Source: a virus
Lineage: Duplodnaviria; Caudoviricetes
Length of the DNA: 61,887 nt
IMG/VR virus record: IMGVR_UViG_3300028392_000003
Span: 1-61,887 of that record
Strand: one strand, 5' to 3'
Positions within the stretch are counted from its first letter, which is position 1; each line of letters begins with the position of its first letter. Under the pieces are notes generated by a model, which made no database searches, had not been told where the DNA came from, and was given only the letters and a program-made list of their open reading frames with translations. Shown in pieces: positions 36,364 through 46,384 of this stretch. A program made the position numbers and the translations under genes.

Positions 36364-36638
36364 GACAAACCAAAGAAGCCTTGGAGTTCATGACAAAACT
36401 TGACCAGCTATCAGAAGAGAAACGCGATCACTTGCGCCTGATCTTCAAAGGGTTGGTTGACTGTTGCTTGGACGACAAGATGCACGGGGTCGTGGTACTG
36501 GGGCACGAGGACAGCCACGCGGGTATCTTCACCCTTAACTGCAACGAGATGGAAGCAGCGTTCATACTGAACCAAGTCACGGGTAGTTTCAACGATATGA
36601 ACATGGCGGGTGCGCCAGCCAAGGAGATGTTTAATTGA
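36339..36638 (+). CDS. Hypothetical protein
   Basis: GAGGAG RBS before ATG 36339. Confidence 0.6.
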   Translation: MEPTRHTLGQTKEALEFMTKLDQLSEEKRDHLRLIFKGLVDCCLDDKMHGVVVLGHEDSHAGIFTLNCNEMEAAFILNQVTGSFNDMNMAGAPAKEMFN

Positions 36639-38599
36639 AACCATTCGACAGAATAATAACGATTGACTTTGAGACCCGATGGGCTAAGAAGGACTACACA
36701 TTATCAAAACTAACAACAGAGGAGTACATACGTGACCAACGATTCAAGGCATTTGGACTATGCGCCCATGAGTACGGGAGTGATGAACCAATTAGATGGG
36801 TTAGCGGAAGAGACTTACCTGAATTCTTTTCTGGAATCGACTGGGGACGAACCGCCGTGCTTGCGCATAACGCACAGTTCGATATATCCATCTGTGAGTG
36901 GGTCTACGATATTCACCCAGCCTTTATCTTCGACACGCTATCAATGGCGCGAGCTTTACGTGGCGTGGAAGTTGGCAATAGTCTCGCCAGACTCGCAGCG
37001 GATTTTGGACTACCAGCAAAAGGCACCGCCGTTTATTCAACTGATGGAGTTCACGAGCTACACCCCACGCTCGAAGGAGAACTCGCTGAGTACTGCAAAC
37101 ATGATGTGTTTCTGTGCGAAGAAATATTCAAACGGTTGGTTGTATCCTATCCACAGAAGGAGCTAAGACTCATAGACATGACGCTCAAGATGTACACGCA
37201 ACCAATGTTAATTCTTGATCCCAATATGTTGACCGATGCCATACTAGAAGAAAAGGAGAAGCGTGATGAATTATTACAAAGGCTCGGCGTGGAGGAAACT
37301 TCGCTCGCGTCGAATCCAAAGTTTGCGACCTTACTTGACGCGCTTGGGGTGGCTGTCCCCACCAAAGTCAGTAAAACTACTGGCAAGCAAACGCTTGCGT
37401 TGGCTAAGAACGATGCGATGTTCCAAGCGTTACTCAACGGTGAACGTGAAGACGTTGCCCTCCTTTGTGAAGCGCGCCTTCGGGTTAAATCTACCACCGA
37501 GCGCACAAGGGCTCAGAGATTCCTCGACATTAGTCAACGCGGTGCCTTACCAGTTCCTCTCTCCTACTACGGTGCGGCGACGGGTCGTTGGACGGCAGCC
37601 AAAGGCTCGGCCATCAACATGCAAAACCTCAAGCGTGGTTCATTCTTACGCAAAGCGGTTATGGCTCCCCAAGGTAGCCAGCTTGTCGTTGGTGACTTAT
37701 CGCAGATTGAACCGCGAGTACTCGCGTGGCTTTCGGATTACTCAGAGATGCTTGAAATCTTCCGGTCAGGAGGTGACCCTTACGCAGCGTTCGGTGCGCA
37801 GATGTTTAACATACCCGGACTTAGTAAGGAATCGCACCCAGATTTACGGCAGTCTGCGAAGAGCGCACTCTTGGGTTGCGGATACGGTTTGGGCTGGGCT
37901 TCATTTGCGTCCCAACTCCTTACTGGCTTCCTTGGTGCTCCGCCAGTCAGGTACGACATGGCTTTCGCGAAAAAGCTGGGTGTCACGAAGGAAGTTGTTG
38001 AGCGTTTCATAGACTGGGACGAGAACGTCGAGAAGATGCGGGAGATTCCCCACACTTGTAGCGAGAAAGAATTGCTCATCCACTGCGTGGCTTCCAAGAA
38101 GATCATCGACATCTACCGCTCGACTGCTACGCCTGTGGTTGACTTTTGGGGGATGCTTGGACAACTCATTGAGACGAGCCTGTACGGGGGCAAGGAGTAC
38201 ACCTACAAATGCCTGACGTTTAAGAAGGAGGCAATCGTTCTGCCCTCTGGTATGAGCCTGCTGTATCCTGACTTAAAGCGCACCAAGGACGACAAGGGTA
38301 GGCCGCAGTGGACATACGGACAGGATTCGACTAAACTGTATGCAGGTAAGATAACAAACAACATCACGCAAGGCGTAGCAAGATGCGTGATGACAGACGG
38401 GATGCTCCGCGTAGCAAAGAGATATCCAGTCAAAGGCACGGTACATGACGAGTTGATCGCCGTTGTGCCAGATGCAGAGGTTGATGACGCTAAGACTTGG
38501 GTCTTGGCGCAGATGACTATGGAGCCACGGTATATGCCGAGGATTCCACTAGACGCTGACGGTGGCGCGCACCGTAGATACGGGTTAGCAAAACAATAG
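36635..38599 (+). CDS. polA: DNA polymerase family A with 3'-5' exonuclease
   Basis: ExoI IDFET, AHNAQFD; TGRW, NMQN, motif A DLSQIEPR, motif B RQSAKSALLGCGYG, motif C VHDE. Confidence 0.95.
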   Translation: MKPFDRIITIDFETRWAKKDYTLSKLTTEEYIRDQRFKAFGLCAHEYGSDEPIRWVSGRDLPEFFSGIDWGRTAVLAHNAQFDISICEWVYDIHPAFIFDTLSMARALRGVEVGNSLARLAADFGLPAKGTAVYSTDGVHELHPTLEGELAEYCKHDVFLCEEIFKRLVVSYPQKELRLIDMTLKMYTQPMLILDPNMLTDAILEEKEKRDELLQRLGVEETSLASNPKFATLLDALGVAVPTKVSKTTGKQTLALAKNDAMFQALLNGEREDVALLCEARLRVKSTTERTRAQRFLDISQRGALPVPLSYYGAATGRWTAAKGSAINMQNLKRGSFLRKAVMAPQGSQLVVGDLSQIEPRVLAWLSDYSEMLEIFRSGGDPYAAFGAQMFNIPGLSKESHPDLRQSAKSALLGCGYGLGWASFASQLLTGFLGAPPVRYDMAFAKKLGVTKEVVERFIDWDENVEKMREIPHTCSEKELLIHCVASKKIIDIYRSTATPVVDFWGMLGQLIETSLYGGKEYTYKCLTFKKEAIVLPSGMSLLYPDLKRTKDDKGRPQWTYGQDSTKLYAGKITNNITQGVARCVMTDGMLRVAKRYPVKGTVHDELIAVVPDAEVDDAKTWVLAQMTMEPRYMPRIPLDADGGAHRRYGLAKQ

Positions 38600-38606
38600 G
38601 AGAAGC

Positions 38607-38915
38607 ATGCAGATACCAAAGAAAATTAGAGTCGGTCATAAATGGTACAGCGTGGAAGTTGTCGAGGCTATGGCCGAGAAAGGTTACATGGGCAAGGTTT
38701 ACTACCCTGAACAAAAAATCCGAATCGGTTTAGCCAACACACAGACAGGCCAGAAATTTAAACAAACCGATGTAAACGATACGTTCTGGCATGAGTTAGT
38801 GCACGCAATACTTGACGACATGGGGTATGACACCTTAAATCGTAATGAGCGATTCGTGACGGGTTTTGCCAAGAGATTAACCAAAGCAATAGAGACTGCG
38901 AAATTCAATGACTAA
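38607..38915 (+). CDS. Small HExxH metallopeptidase-like protein
   Basis: TFWHELVHAIL..NERFV. Confidence 0.7.
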   Translation: MQIPKKIRVGHKWYSVEVVEAMAEKGYMGKVYYPEQKIRIGLANTQTGQKFKQTDVNDTFWHELVHAILDDMGYDTLNRNERFVTGFAKRLTKAIETAKFND

Positions 38916-39573
38916 AGTTGTTTGGAGCCACAGCTCCCTTAAAGACTATGAAGGCTGCGCTCGTCGCTACCACGAAGTAAAGATTCTTAAGAAGTACCCC
39001 TTCAAAGAAACCGAAGCCGTGTTGTATGGCAAAGAGCTACACAAAGCAGCCGAAGATTATGTTGGTAAAGGGGAGCCGTTGCCCCAACAATTTGAGTTCA
39101 TTAAAACTACGCTAGACGCGTTGATGGCTAAGCCCGGTCGCAAGTTGGTCGAGTACCAAATGGCGTTAACCGAAGACCTACAGCCCACAGGTTGGTTTGA
39201 TAAGGACGTGTGGGTTCGGGGTGTGGCTGACTTGTTGATACTAGATGACGAGAACATGACTGCATGGGTGGTTGACTACAAGACGGGCAACAACAAATAC
39301 CCTGATCGTGAGCAACTCAAACTCATGTCTCTCATGGTCTTCGCCAACTTCCCACACATTCGAGAAATCAAATCCGCCTTGCTATTCGTAGTTAAAAACG
39401 ATATGGTTAAGCACGCCATGACCGTTGACCAAACCGATGCAGAGTGGTGGAGATACAGAGAACGCGTCGGACGCATAGCGGCCTCGATGGACGCTGATGT
39501 GTGGAACCCAACACGCACCCCGTTATGCGGATGGTGCCCAGTTAAATCATGCGAATTTCATAAGGAGCACTAG
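38908..39573 (+). CDS. PD-(D/E)XK exonuclease (Cas4/RecB-like)
   Basis: WSHSSL..C; RGVADL..VVDYKTG; QL; C-terminal CGWCP..C. Confidence 0.85.
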   Translation: MTKVVWSHSSLKDYEGCARRYHEVKILKKYPFKETEAVLYGKELHKAAEDYVGKGEPLPQQFEFIKTTLDALMAKPGRKLVEYQMALTEDLQPTGWFDKDVWVRGVADLLILDDENMTAWVVDYKTGNNKYPDREQLKLMSLMVFANFPHIREIKSALLFVVKNDMVKHAMTVDQTDAEWWRYRERVGRIAASMDADVWNPTRTPLCGWCPVKSCEFHKEH

Positions 39574-39574
39574 C

Positions 39575-39811
39575 ATGACACAAGTAAATGGCAAACGTGA
39601 TTACAAACACGCATACAAACTACAAAAGAAAACAGGTGAAACAGACGATCAACTTGAGCGCCAAAAGGCCAGGCAGTTGTATGACAAGAAAAAGATTGAT
39701 CGCTCTAGCAAAGACATCGACCACAAAACACCACTGCGCAAAGGCGGCAAGACCACAGCAGGTAACTTAAGACTACGTAATAGAAGCGCCAACCAAGGCG
39801 ACAACAAATAA
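39575..39811 (+). CDS. Small HNH-like protein
   Basis: DIDHKTPL.KGG...NLR....AN; AGGAG RBS before ATG 39575. Confidence 0.7.
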   Translation: MTQVNGKRDYKHAYKLQKKTGETDDQLERQKARQLYDKKKIDRSSKDIDHKTPLRKGGKTTAGNLRLRNRSANQGDNK

Positions 39812-39825
39812 CATCAGAGAAGCAA

Positions 39826-41388
39826 ATGGAAATAATCGAAGACAAAGCACTCTTACTACGAACCAGAACCCCAGAAAAATACAGCATCATTCCACGCAGT
39901 CAGATCGTTGAGCAATACGATGATGGGTCTGCGGATGTTGCTGTCTTCTGGGGACTGGATGAAGCACGCGTGCTTAAAAACATGGGCGTTAAAAACGTAC
40001 CATCCCCCATCACGAAACGCTACAACTGGCCGGGCAAGTACAAGCCTATGGAGCACCAAGTTACAACGTCTTCGTTCCTCACACTACATCGCAAAGCGTT
40101 TGTGTTCTCCGAACCCGGCACAGGCAAGACATTGTCGGCGCTATGGGCAGCAGACTACCTGATGCAACGCGGTGAGGTTCGTAGGTGTTTGATACTGTGC
40201 CCGCTCTCCATCATGCAGTCAGCGTGGATGCAAGACTTAAACGCCAGCATCATTCACCGTAGCGCAGTCATCGCACACCACCCACAAGCATCTCGTCGCA
40301 TCGAGATGGTTCAACAAAAATACGACTTTGTCATCACCAACTACGAGGGCTTGAACCTTATAGCGGACGAGATAAATTCCAACGGCAAGTTTGATTTGGT
40401 TATTGTGGATGAGGCAAACGCGTACAAGACCGTTACTACTCGGAGATGGAAATCACTGCAATCCATCATCAAACCCGATACCCTGTTGTGGATGATGACT
40501 GGCACGCCAGCATCGCAATCTCCTGCGGATGCTTATGGCTTAGCGAAGTTGGTAAACCCAAGCGGAGTCCCGAAGTTCTACACAGCGTGGCGGGATCAGG
40601 TAATGAATAAGGTGACGCTGTTTAAGTGGGCACCGAAAGCAAATGCGGCGGAGCAAGTGCACGAAGCGCTTCAACCCGCTATACGCTTTACCAAGGAAGA
40701 GTGCTTGGATTTACCACCTGTTATAACGATGACCCGCGAGATTATGTTGACACCGCAACAAAGAAAGTATTACGACTTACTCAAAGAACGTATGCTCATT
40801 CAAGCGGCGGGCGAAACAATCAGTGCGGTCAACGCGGCGGCAGGTGTCTCCAAACTATTACAGATTTCATGTGGTGCTGCTTACACCGACGACGGTGAGG
40901 TGGTTGAGTTTGATGCTGCGCCCCGCTTGTCGGTACTGGAAGAGATACTGACAGAGACCTCAAGGAAAGTAATTGTGTTTGCTATGTTCACTAGCAGTAT
41001 CGACGCCATCATCAAACACCTTGCCAAACAAAACATACCAGCAGAAATGATTCGTGGAGACGTGCCGGCATCCAAGCGTGGTGACATCATCCGCCGATTC
41101 CAAACTGACCCAGAACCCCGCATCCTCGTGATGCAACCACAAGCAACCGCACACGGCATCACATTGACCGCCGCTGATACAGTTGTTTTCTACGGCCCAC
41201 TGATGTCTGTTGAACAGTACATCCAGTGTATTGCCCGCGCTGACCGGAAAGGTCAGACTTCCGACAAGGTTACAGTTCTTCACATAGAAGGTAGCCCGAT
41301 AGAGAAGAAGATGTTTAAAGCATTGACTTCCAAAGTGAGTGACCACTCACTCTTAACACAGTTGTTCGAGAATGAAATTAAATCTTGA
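39826..41388 (+). CDS. SNF2-family helicase
   Basis: EPGTGKT, VDEA, TGTP, HGITLT, Q..ARADRKGQ. Confidence 0.9.
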   Translation: MEIIEDKALLLRTRTPEKYSIIPRSQIVEQYDDGSADVAVFWGLDEARVLKNMGVKNVPSPITKRYNWPGKYKPMEHQVTTSSFLTLHRKAFVFSEPGTGKTLSALWAADYLMQRGEVRRCLILCPLSIMQSAWMQDLNASIIHRSAVIAHHPQASRRIEMVQQKYDFVITNYEGLNLIADEINSNGKFDLVIVDEANAYKTVTTRRWKSLQSIIKPDTLLWMMTGTPASQSPADAYGLAKLVNPSGVPKFYTAWRDQVMNKVTLFKWAPKANAAEQVHEALQPAIRFTKEECLDLPPVITMTREIMLTPQQRKYYDLLKERMLIQAAGETISAVNAAAGVSKLLQISCGAAYTDDGEVVEFDAAPRLSVLEEILTETSRKVIVFAMFTSSIDAIIKHLAKQNIPAEMIRGDVPASKRGDIIRRFQTDPEPRILVMQPQATAHGITLTAADTVVFYGPLMSVEQYIQCIARADRKGQTSDKVTVLHIEGSPIEKKMFKALTSKVSDHSLLTQLFENEIKS

Positions 41389-41394
41389 AAGGAG

Positions 41395-41438
41395 TTTGCA
41401 AACAAATTAATTTCGTGTACACTGTCAAACCTTAGACA
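41395..41438 (+). promoter_or_regulatory. Sigma70-type promoter with operator copy 3 over the start site
   Basis: TTTGCA-17-TACACT followed by TGTCAAACCTTAGACA. Confidence 0.6.
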
Positions 41439-41458
41439 AAACATCAGGAGAAAACAAA

Positions 41459-41866
41459 ATGAGTGACCAACCAATTCCACTCGACAAATTAGCAAAAGTC
41501 TATCGTAGAATGCGCGACCAAATCTCTGAACTGACCAAGGAGTACGACACGAAAGTCGAAGTACTTAAGGCACAACAGGAAGAGGTAGCAAACGCTATGA
41601 AAGAGCAAATGCAAGCGCTCGGCGTAACATCCGTTCGCACTGACCAAGGCACCGTAGTCCTGTCTGTCAAGACTCGCTACTCAACCGCCGACTGGGACTC
41701 ATTCAAGAAGTTTGTGACCGAGCACGATGCACTCGACTTGTTCGAGAAGCGGATTGCCCAGACAAACATGAAGCAGTTCCTCGAAGAAAACCCCGGTGTC
41801 GTACCCCCGGGACTGAATTCAAATTCAGAGTATGACGTATCGGTACGCAAACCTTCAGCAAAGTGA
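41459..41866 (+). CDS. Coiled-coil DNA-metabolism protein (Gam/gp157-like, uncertain)
   Basis: N-terminal coiled coil, SVRTDQGTV, DWDSF, VPPGL. Confidence 0.55.
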   Translation: MSDQPIPLDKLAKVYRRMRDQISELTKEYDTKVEVLKAQQEEVANAMKEQMQALGVTSVRTDQGTVVLSVKTRYSTADWDSFKKFVTEHDALDLFEKRIAQTNMKQFLEENPGVVPPGLNSNSEYDVSVRKPSAK

Positions 41867-41874
41867 GAAACTAA

Positions 41875-42834
41875 ATGAGTAACGTAGCAGTATTTAATCC
41901 CGCCCAACTCCCAGCGTTTGCACGCACGGGCGAACTCTCTGACATAGCACGAGCCCTAGCGGGTGGCGGTGGTGCTAACAACGCTGGCAAGCGTATCTCC
42001 ATCAAGGGCGGTGTGTTCCGTCTCTTGTCCGGTGGTAAGGAAGTTGCCGCTATCGACGAGCGCTTCCTTGATGTGGTGATTGTTAAAGCCGCCCCTAAAG
42101 TGGCACGCACCTTCTATGCCAAGGCATACGACGGTGAAACAGTTTCTGCCCCTGACTGCTGGTCAAACGATGGCGACAAGCCAGATGCCAAGTCCAAGAA
42201 CGCGCAGTCTGATACCTGTGCAAGCTGTCCACAAAACGTGGCTGGTTCCGGTACTGGACAAAGCCGTGCTTGCCGTTACCAACAGCGCCTTGCTGTTGTC
42301 TTGGCTAACAATGTTGAAGGTGACGTAATGCAGTTGGCTTTGCCCGCTACATCCATCTTTGGCAAGGAAGACGGCGAGAACCGCCCACTCCAAGCGTATG
42401 CCCGTTGGTTGGTTGCCCAGTCAGTTGACCCTAGCATGGTCGTGACCCGCATGAAGTTTGATACTAAAGCCGAAGCGCCCAAGTTGCACTTCAAGGCTAT
42501 GCGTTGGTTGACTGATGAGGAGTATGCGCAAGCCGCCGATCAAGGCGCGACAGACGATGCGGCTAAAGCCGTTGTGTTGAATGTGTCTTCACAGGACAGC
42601 AAACCTGCTGACGCCATCAAGGGACTTGCTCCTAAGAAGAGCGTTGCTCAGTTAGCCGACGACGAGGCAGATGAGCCACCAGCACCAGCACCGAAAGCCA
42701 AGGCTAAGCCCAAGGCAGTTGAGGTTGAGGCGGAAGACGAGCCAACCGTACGCAAGGAAGAGAAGAAGCCTAGCGCCGTGCCCGGCAAGAAGTCACTCGC
42801 TGACGTAGTCGGTGCGTGGGACGACGAAGACTAA
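41875..42834 (+). CDS. ssDNA-binding/annealing protein (putative)
   Basis: RISIKGG, PDCWS, CASCP..GS..RACR; acidic WDDED tail. Confidence 0.6.
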   Translation: MSNVAVFNPAQLPAFARTGELSDIARALAGGGGANNAGKRISIKGGVFRLLSGGKEVAAIDERFLDVVIVKAAPKVARTFYAKAYDGETVSAPDCWSNDGDKPDAKSKNAQSDTCASCPQNVAGSGTGQSRACRYQQRLAVVLANNVEGDVMQLALPATSIFGKEDGENRPLQAYARWLVAQSVDPSMVVTRMKFDTKAEAPKLHFKAMRWLTDEEYAQAADQGATDDAAKAVVLNVSSQDSKPADAIKGLAPKKSVAQLADDEADEPPAPAPKAKAKPKAVEVEAEDEPTVRKEEKKPSAVPGKKSLADVVGAWDDED

Positions 42835-42842
42835 GTAGGAAC

Positions 42843-42863
42843 GGGGGCTTCGTGCCCCCTCTT
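42843..42863 (+). terminator. Weak terminator hairpin
   Basis: GGGGG-CTTCGTG-CCCCC then TCTT. Confidence 0.45.
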
Positions 42864-42868
42864 CAACC

Positions 42869-43147
42869 ATGCCATATTCACAAAAAATTATTGACGAGAT
42901 TGCGAAGACGCCTAAGTCTTTAGGGACACAGCTAGGGCGTTGGGCAATCCACCATGACTTTTCGGTGGTGCGTATATCAAAAGCATTGGGTGTTACACGC
43001 CAAACAGTTTACAACTGGTTCTTGGGCAAAGACATCTTCCCCGCTTATGAGTACCGCGCCGAAGTCCTTCTTGAAATATTACAAAAAACAAAATCAGCCG
43101 ATGAGGCTTGGAGAGAAACATGCAAAGTATTCAACCTAAAAACCTAA
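42869..43147 (+). CDS. Cro/CI-type HTH transcriptional regulator
   Basis: SVVRISKALGVTRQTVYNWF. Confidence 0.8.
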   Translation: MPYSQKIIDEIAKTPKSLGTQLGRWAIHHDFSVVRISKALGVTRQTVYNWFLGKDIFPAYEYRAEVLLEILQKTKSADEAWRETCKVFNLKT

Positions 43148-43305
43148 GTAACACAGAACTAATCCGTATTGCAGCGGATGAACTTGACATGTACGGCACA
43201 TTGCCGGACACATGGCAGAAGGAATTGTTGCGCCGTTTTACTGCACTAGCGCCAGCCAATGAGTTCCCACCCATTGACGAAAAACAACTAAGCCTCTTCT
43301 ACTAA
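43120..43305 (+). CDS. Hypothetical protein
   Basis: GGAGAG RBS; ends QLSLFY (beta-clamp-binding-like QLxLF). Confidence 0.6.
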   Translation: MQSIQPKNLSNTELIRIAADELDMYGTLPDTWQKELLRRFTALAPANEFPPIDEKQLSLFY

Positions 43306-43323
43306 GCAAAACCAAGGACTTTC

Positions 43324-46221
43324 ATGAACCCGCTTGAATTCCTAGCGGTGGTTTTGCCGTCTCCGGGTCACGGGGCGTATTGCACGGCGGAACTGTCTAA
43401 GAAAAAAGAACATCTATTCTCGGAGAACTTGGATGACTTTTACCCCAAGGTTGACACTTGGGTGGAGCAGAAGGCTGATGTATTTTTTGCATTGGCTACA
43501 TTCGATGACGCAAAGAAACGCAAGGCAGAGAACGCCCGTTTCATCAAAGCGCTGTTCATCGATATGGATGGGTATGACACCAAGAAGCAAGCTGCATACG
43601 CGCTTAAAGCATTCCTTGCCGAGACTGGCTTGGACTTACTTGGCACGCCGTGGATTGTTGGCTCTGGTGGAGGGCTGCATTGTTACTGGCCGTTCAATGA
43701 AACAGTAGAGATTGCTGAATGGAAACCGCTTGCAGAGAACTTCAAACGCTTGTGCAAGCAACAAAAACTCAGCATCGACATGACTGTGACGGCGGACGCC
43801 GCTCGTGTGCTACGCATACCTGAGACGTTTAACTTCAAAGCCAAGTACGAAACCCCACGCCCAGTCAAGTTACTGGCAGAGGGCGACACATTTAACTTTG
43901 AAGATTTGAAAGCTCACGTAGTGAGCCAGTTAAAGAGTATTGCCCCAGTCTCTGCACTGACGGCTCTGCCCGGCAAACGCCCAACCAACGCCCCCACCAC
44001 GCCCCTGTCTACGACTGCCGTGACCCTGTTCGAGAACAGCACGACTAAGTTTGGCAACATCTTTAAGAAGACTAAGGCGGGTACAGGCTGTGCCCAGTTG
44101 CGCCACTACGCAGAGAACGCTAGTGATGACGGCATGGAGCCCTTGTGGCGTGGGTGGTTGAGTATTGCTAAGCCCTGTTCGGATGCAGAGAAAGCGACAA
44201 TATGGTTAACGGAACTGCACCCCTACACGCATGAGCGTATGCAACAAAAGCTGGCCGAGATAAAGGGTCCCTATCCATGTGTCAAGTTCGATAGTGAAAA
44301 CCCCGGCATCTGTGATGGCTGTCAGCACTTTGGAAAGATAACAAACCCACTGGCGCTTGGACGCGAGATCATGCTCGATACCTCCCCTAAAGAGATTGAA
44401 GTGCATGTACCGACTACGAGCCCATCGCTCCATGAAGAAGTGCGTAAAGTACTTCGCCCTACCCCACCTAAAGGATACGCATACGGTGCGCGTGGTGGTG
44501 TATTCATGGAGAAAGAAGACGAGGATAGCCAAGGCAACAAGACCAAGCGACAGATCATGATCTTGCCGTACGAGTTGTTTGTCGTGGACATTCTTCGTCA
44601 CAACGGAGAGCACACAGTGCACATGCTTTGCATGCGCCCTGAAGGTGTTGAGACAGTCACCATGTCCCAAAAGGCTGTGGTGAGTAAAGACGAAACGGTC
44701 AAAGCGCTTGCGCTTCAGAACGTAATTGCCTCTTATGGTTCGGGCAACGACAAGAACCTATTTGATTATGTAAGGGCGAGTGTGGAACAAGCAAGTACTG
44801 GGAAGGCCCCCGTTAGAGTGCCTACAAACTATGGCTGGCAAGAAAACGATACGTTCGTTTTTGCTGGGAAGATTTTTTCTAAGGGTATGCCGCCTGTAAG
44901 CGTGCCGATGCCGGGTCTGGAGAACATTGTCTCCAACACCAAACCAACAGGAACGATTGAGGCATGGCGCACATTTGTGCAGATGCTTATTAAGAAGGGG
45001 ATGTGGGAGCACCTAACAATCATGTTGGCTGGAGCAAGCGCTCCGCTGATGCGCTTCACGGGTATCTATGGCATCACATACCATTGTGGTTCGACTGAGT
45101 CGGGTACAGGCAAGTCGCTTGCGCTAGAAGCCGCCGCTTCCATCTGGGGTCACCCAGTCCACTACCGCACGGGTAAGAGCACATCGCCTGTTGCCATGCA
45201 ACAGCGTCTTGGTTTGCTTTGCAGCATGCCTTTGATTACTGATGAGTTGACTAGTAAGAACCGCGCTAACTTTGAATGGTTGCCTGAGTTCCTACTGGAT
45301 ATGACTGAGGGTCGGGGCAAGGAGCGCATGGAGTCAGGCGCTAACAAGGAACGTATCAACTTGTCGACATGGATGACCAACGCGATCATGTCATCTAATA
45401 CCCACGTCGTAGACGGCTTAACTGGTGGACGCAAGCACTCATCTGAGGGCGAGTTGCGACGCTTGCTGGAATTCATCCTGACCCAAGAGTTAGCGTGGGA
45501 GCCATACGAGATCGAGGTCATCAAGTCGTTGCATAGCAACTACGCAGTAGCAGGCCACATGTTGTCGCAGTACATGGTGGACAACTTAGACCGCCTACAT
45601 AAAGATGTACCTGATTCTGTCGTGCAGATGTACAAAGAGTTTGGCGCTACTAACGATGAGCGTTTCTGGATGGCTGGCATCGGCACCATCATCATGGCGG
45701 CAGTGCTTATGAAAGACGCGGGCGTTGTGAATATCCCAGTCAAGCCTGTGATTGCTTGCTTGAAGAAGGTGGTGCACTCGATGCGGGGCAACATCAAGGC
45801 CAATGTGCGTAGCGCGGAAGATGTGTTGAATTCCTATGTGCGTGAGAGTTATGGACACTTTATTGTCATCCGCAACATGGAGTCAGGCATCTTGGCAGAA
45901 CTTGGCGGTGGCGGAGAAGTTGACAAGGCTACAACACGTTCAGAAATTATGGGTCGCGTTGAGCACGGATTCACGCCAGACCACGTAGACTTCTATATTG
46001 AGGAACAACTGCTTAAAGCCTACTGCTCGTCAATGAGTTTTGGTTATGCGGACTTTAAGCGTCAGTTGGCAGGGCAGTTCACCGTGTCGCATATGGCTAA
46101 GAAGGACATGACTGCTAAGACTCAAGGCCCCCAGATGCGCGTGTCAGTGCTCAAGATAAGCCGTCGAATTTCTGATATGGACAATGAAGCTAAAAATACA
46201 CTATCCGTGGGATCAGACTGA
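43324..46221 (+). CDS. Primase-helicase: RepB/AEP-like primase plus DUF927 ATPase
   Basis: FIDMD, SGGGLHCYW, DAARVLRIP; CDGC zinc site; Walker A GSTESGTGKS, LITDE. Confidence 0.85.
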   Translation: MNPLEFLAVVLPSPGHGAYCTAELSKKKEHLFSENLDDFYPKVDTWVEQKADVFFALATFDDAKKRKAENARFIKALFIDMDGYDTKKQAAYALKAFLAETGLDLLGTPWIVGSGGGLHCYWPFNETVEIAEWKPLAENFKRLCKQQKLSIDMTVTADAARVLRIPETFNFKAKYETPRPVKLLAEGDTFNFEDLKAHVVSQLKSIAPVSALTALPGKRPTNAPTTPLSTTAVTLFENSTTKFGNIFKKTKAGTGCAQLRHYAENASDDGMEPLWRGWLSIAKPCSDAEKATIWLTELHPYTHERMQQKLAEIKGPYPCVKFDSENPGICDGCQHFGKITNPLALGREIMLDTSPKEIEVHVPTTSPSLHEEVRKVLRPTPPKGYAYGARGGVFMEKEDEDSQGNKTKRQIMILPYELFVVDILRHNGEHTVHMLCMRPEGVETVTMSQKAVVSKDETVKALALQNVIASYGSGNDKNLFDYVRASVEQASTGKAPVRVPTNYGWQENDTFVFAGKIFSKGMPPVSVPMPGLENIVSNTKPTGTIEAWRTFVQMLIKKGMWEHLTIMLAGASAPLMRFTGIYGITYHCGSTESGTGKSLALEAAASIWGHPVHYRTGKSTSPVAMQQRLGLLCSMPLITDELTSKNRANFEWLPEFLLDMTEGRGKERMESGANKERINLSTWMTNAIMSSNTHVVDGLTGGRKHSSEGELRRLLEFILTQELAWEPYEIEVIKSLHSNYAVAGHMLSQYMVDNLDRLHKDVPDSVVQMYKEFGATNDERFWMAGIGTIIMAAVLMKDAGVVNIPVKPVIACLKKVVHSMRGNIKANVRSAEDVLNSYVRESYGHFIVIRNMESGILAELGGGGEVDKATTRSEIMGRVEHGFTPDHVDFYIEEQLLKAYCSSMSFGYADFKRQLAGQFTVSHMAKKDMTAKTQGPQMRVSVLKISRRISDMDNEAKNTLSVGSD

Positions 46222-46384
46222 GAAGGGGCAGGGGTTCTTTGTCCCCTGCCTTGATACGGATGCCGTGCGCGAAGAAGGATTAAAGCAAGCAGTACGCCTG
46301 CGTATCCTTGACGCCAAAGCCTACCCCTCAATCCGCAACGAACTTATCGGGGTGTGGTTTCACCGAGTCGGGGTAAAGACCTAA
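46184..46384 (+). CDS. Small conserved protein
   Basis: YPW....GQGFFVP...GVWFHRV; last plus-strand gene, overlaps convergent gene end. Confidence 0.6.
   Translation: MKLKIHYPWDQTEKGQGFFVPCLDTDAVREEGLKQAVRLRILDAKAYPSIRNELIGVWFHRVGVKT

Noticed and set aside
38908-39573. CRISPR Cas4
   Set aside because: Stand-alone PD-(D/E)XK nuclease in a replication module with no cas1/cas2 or array.
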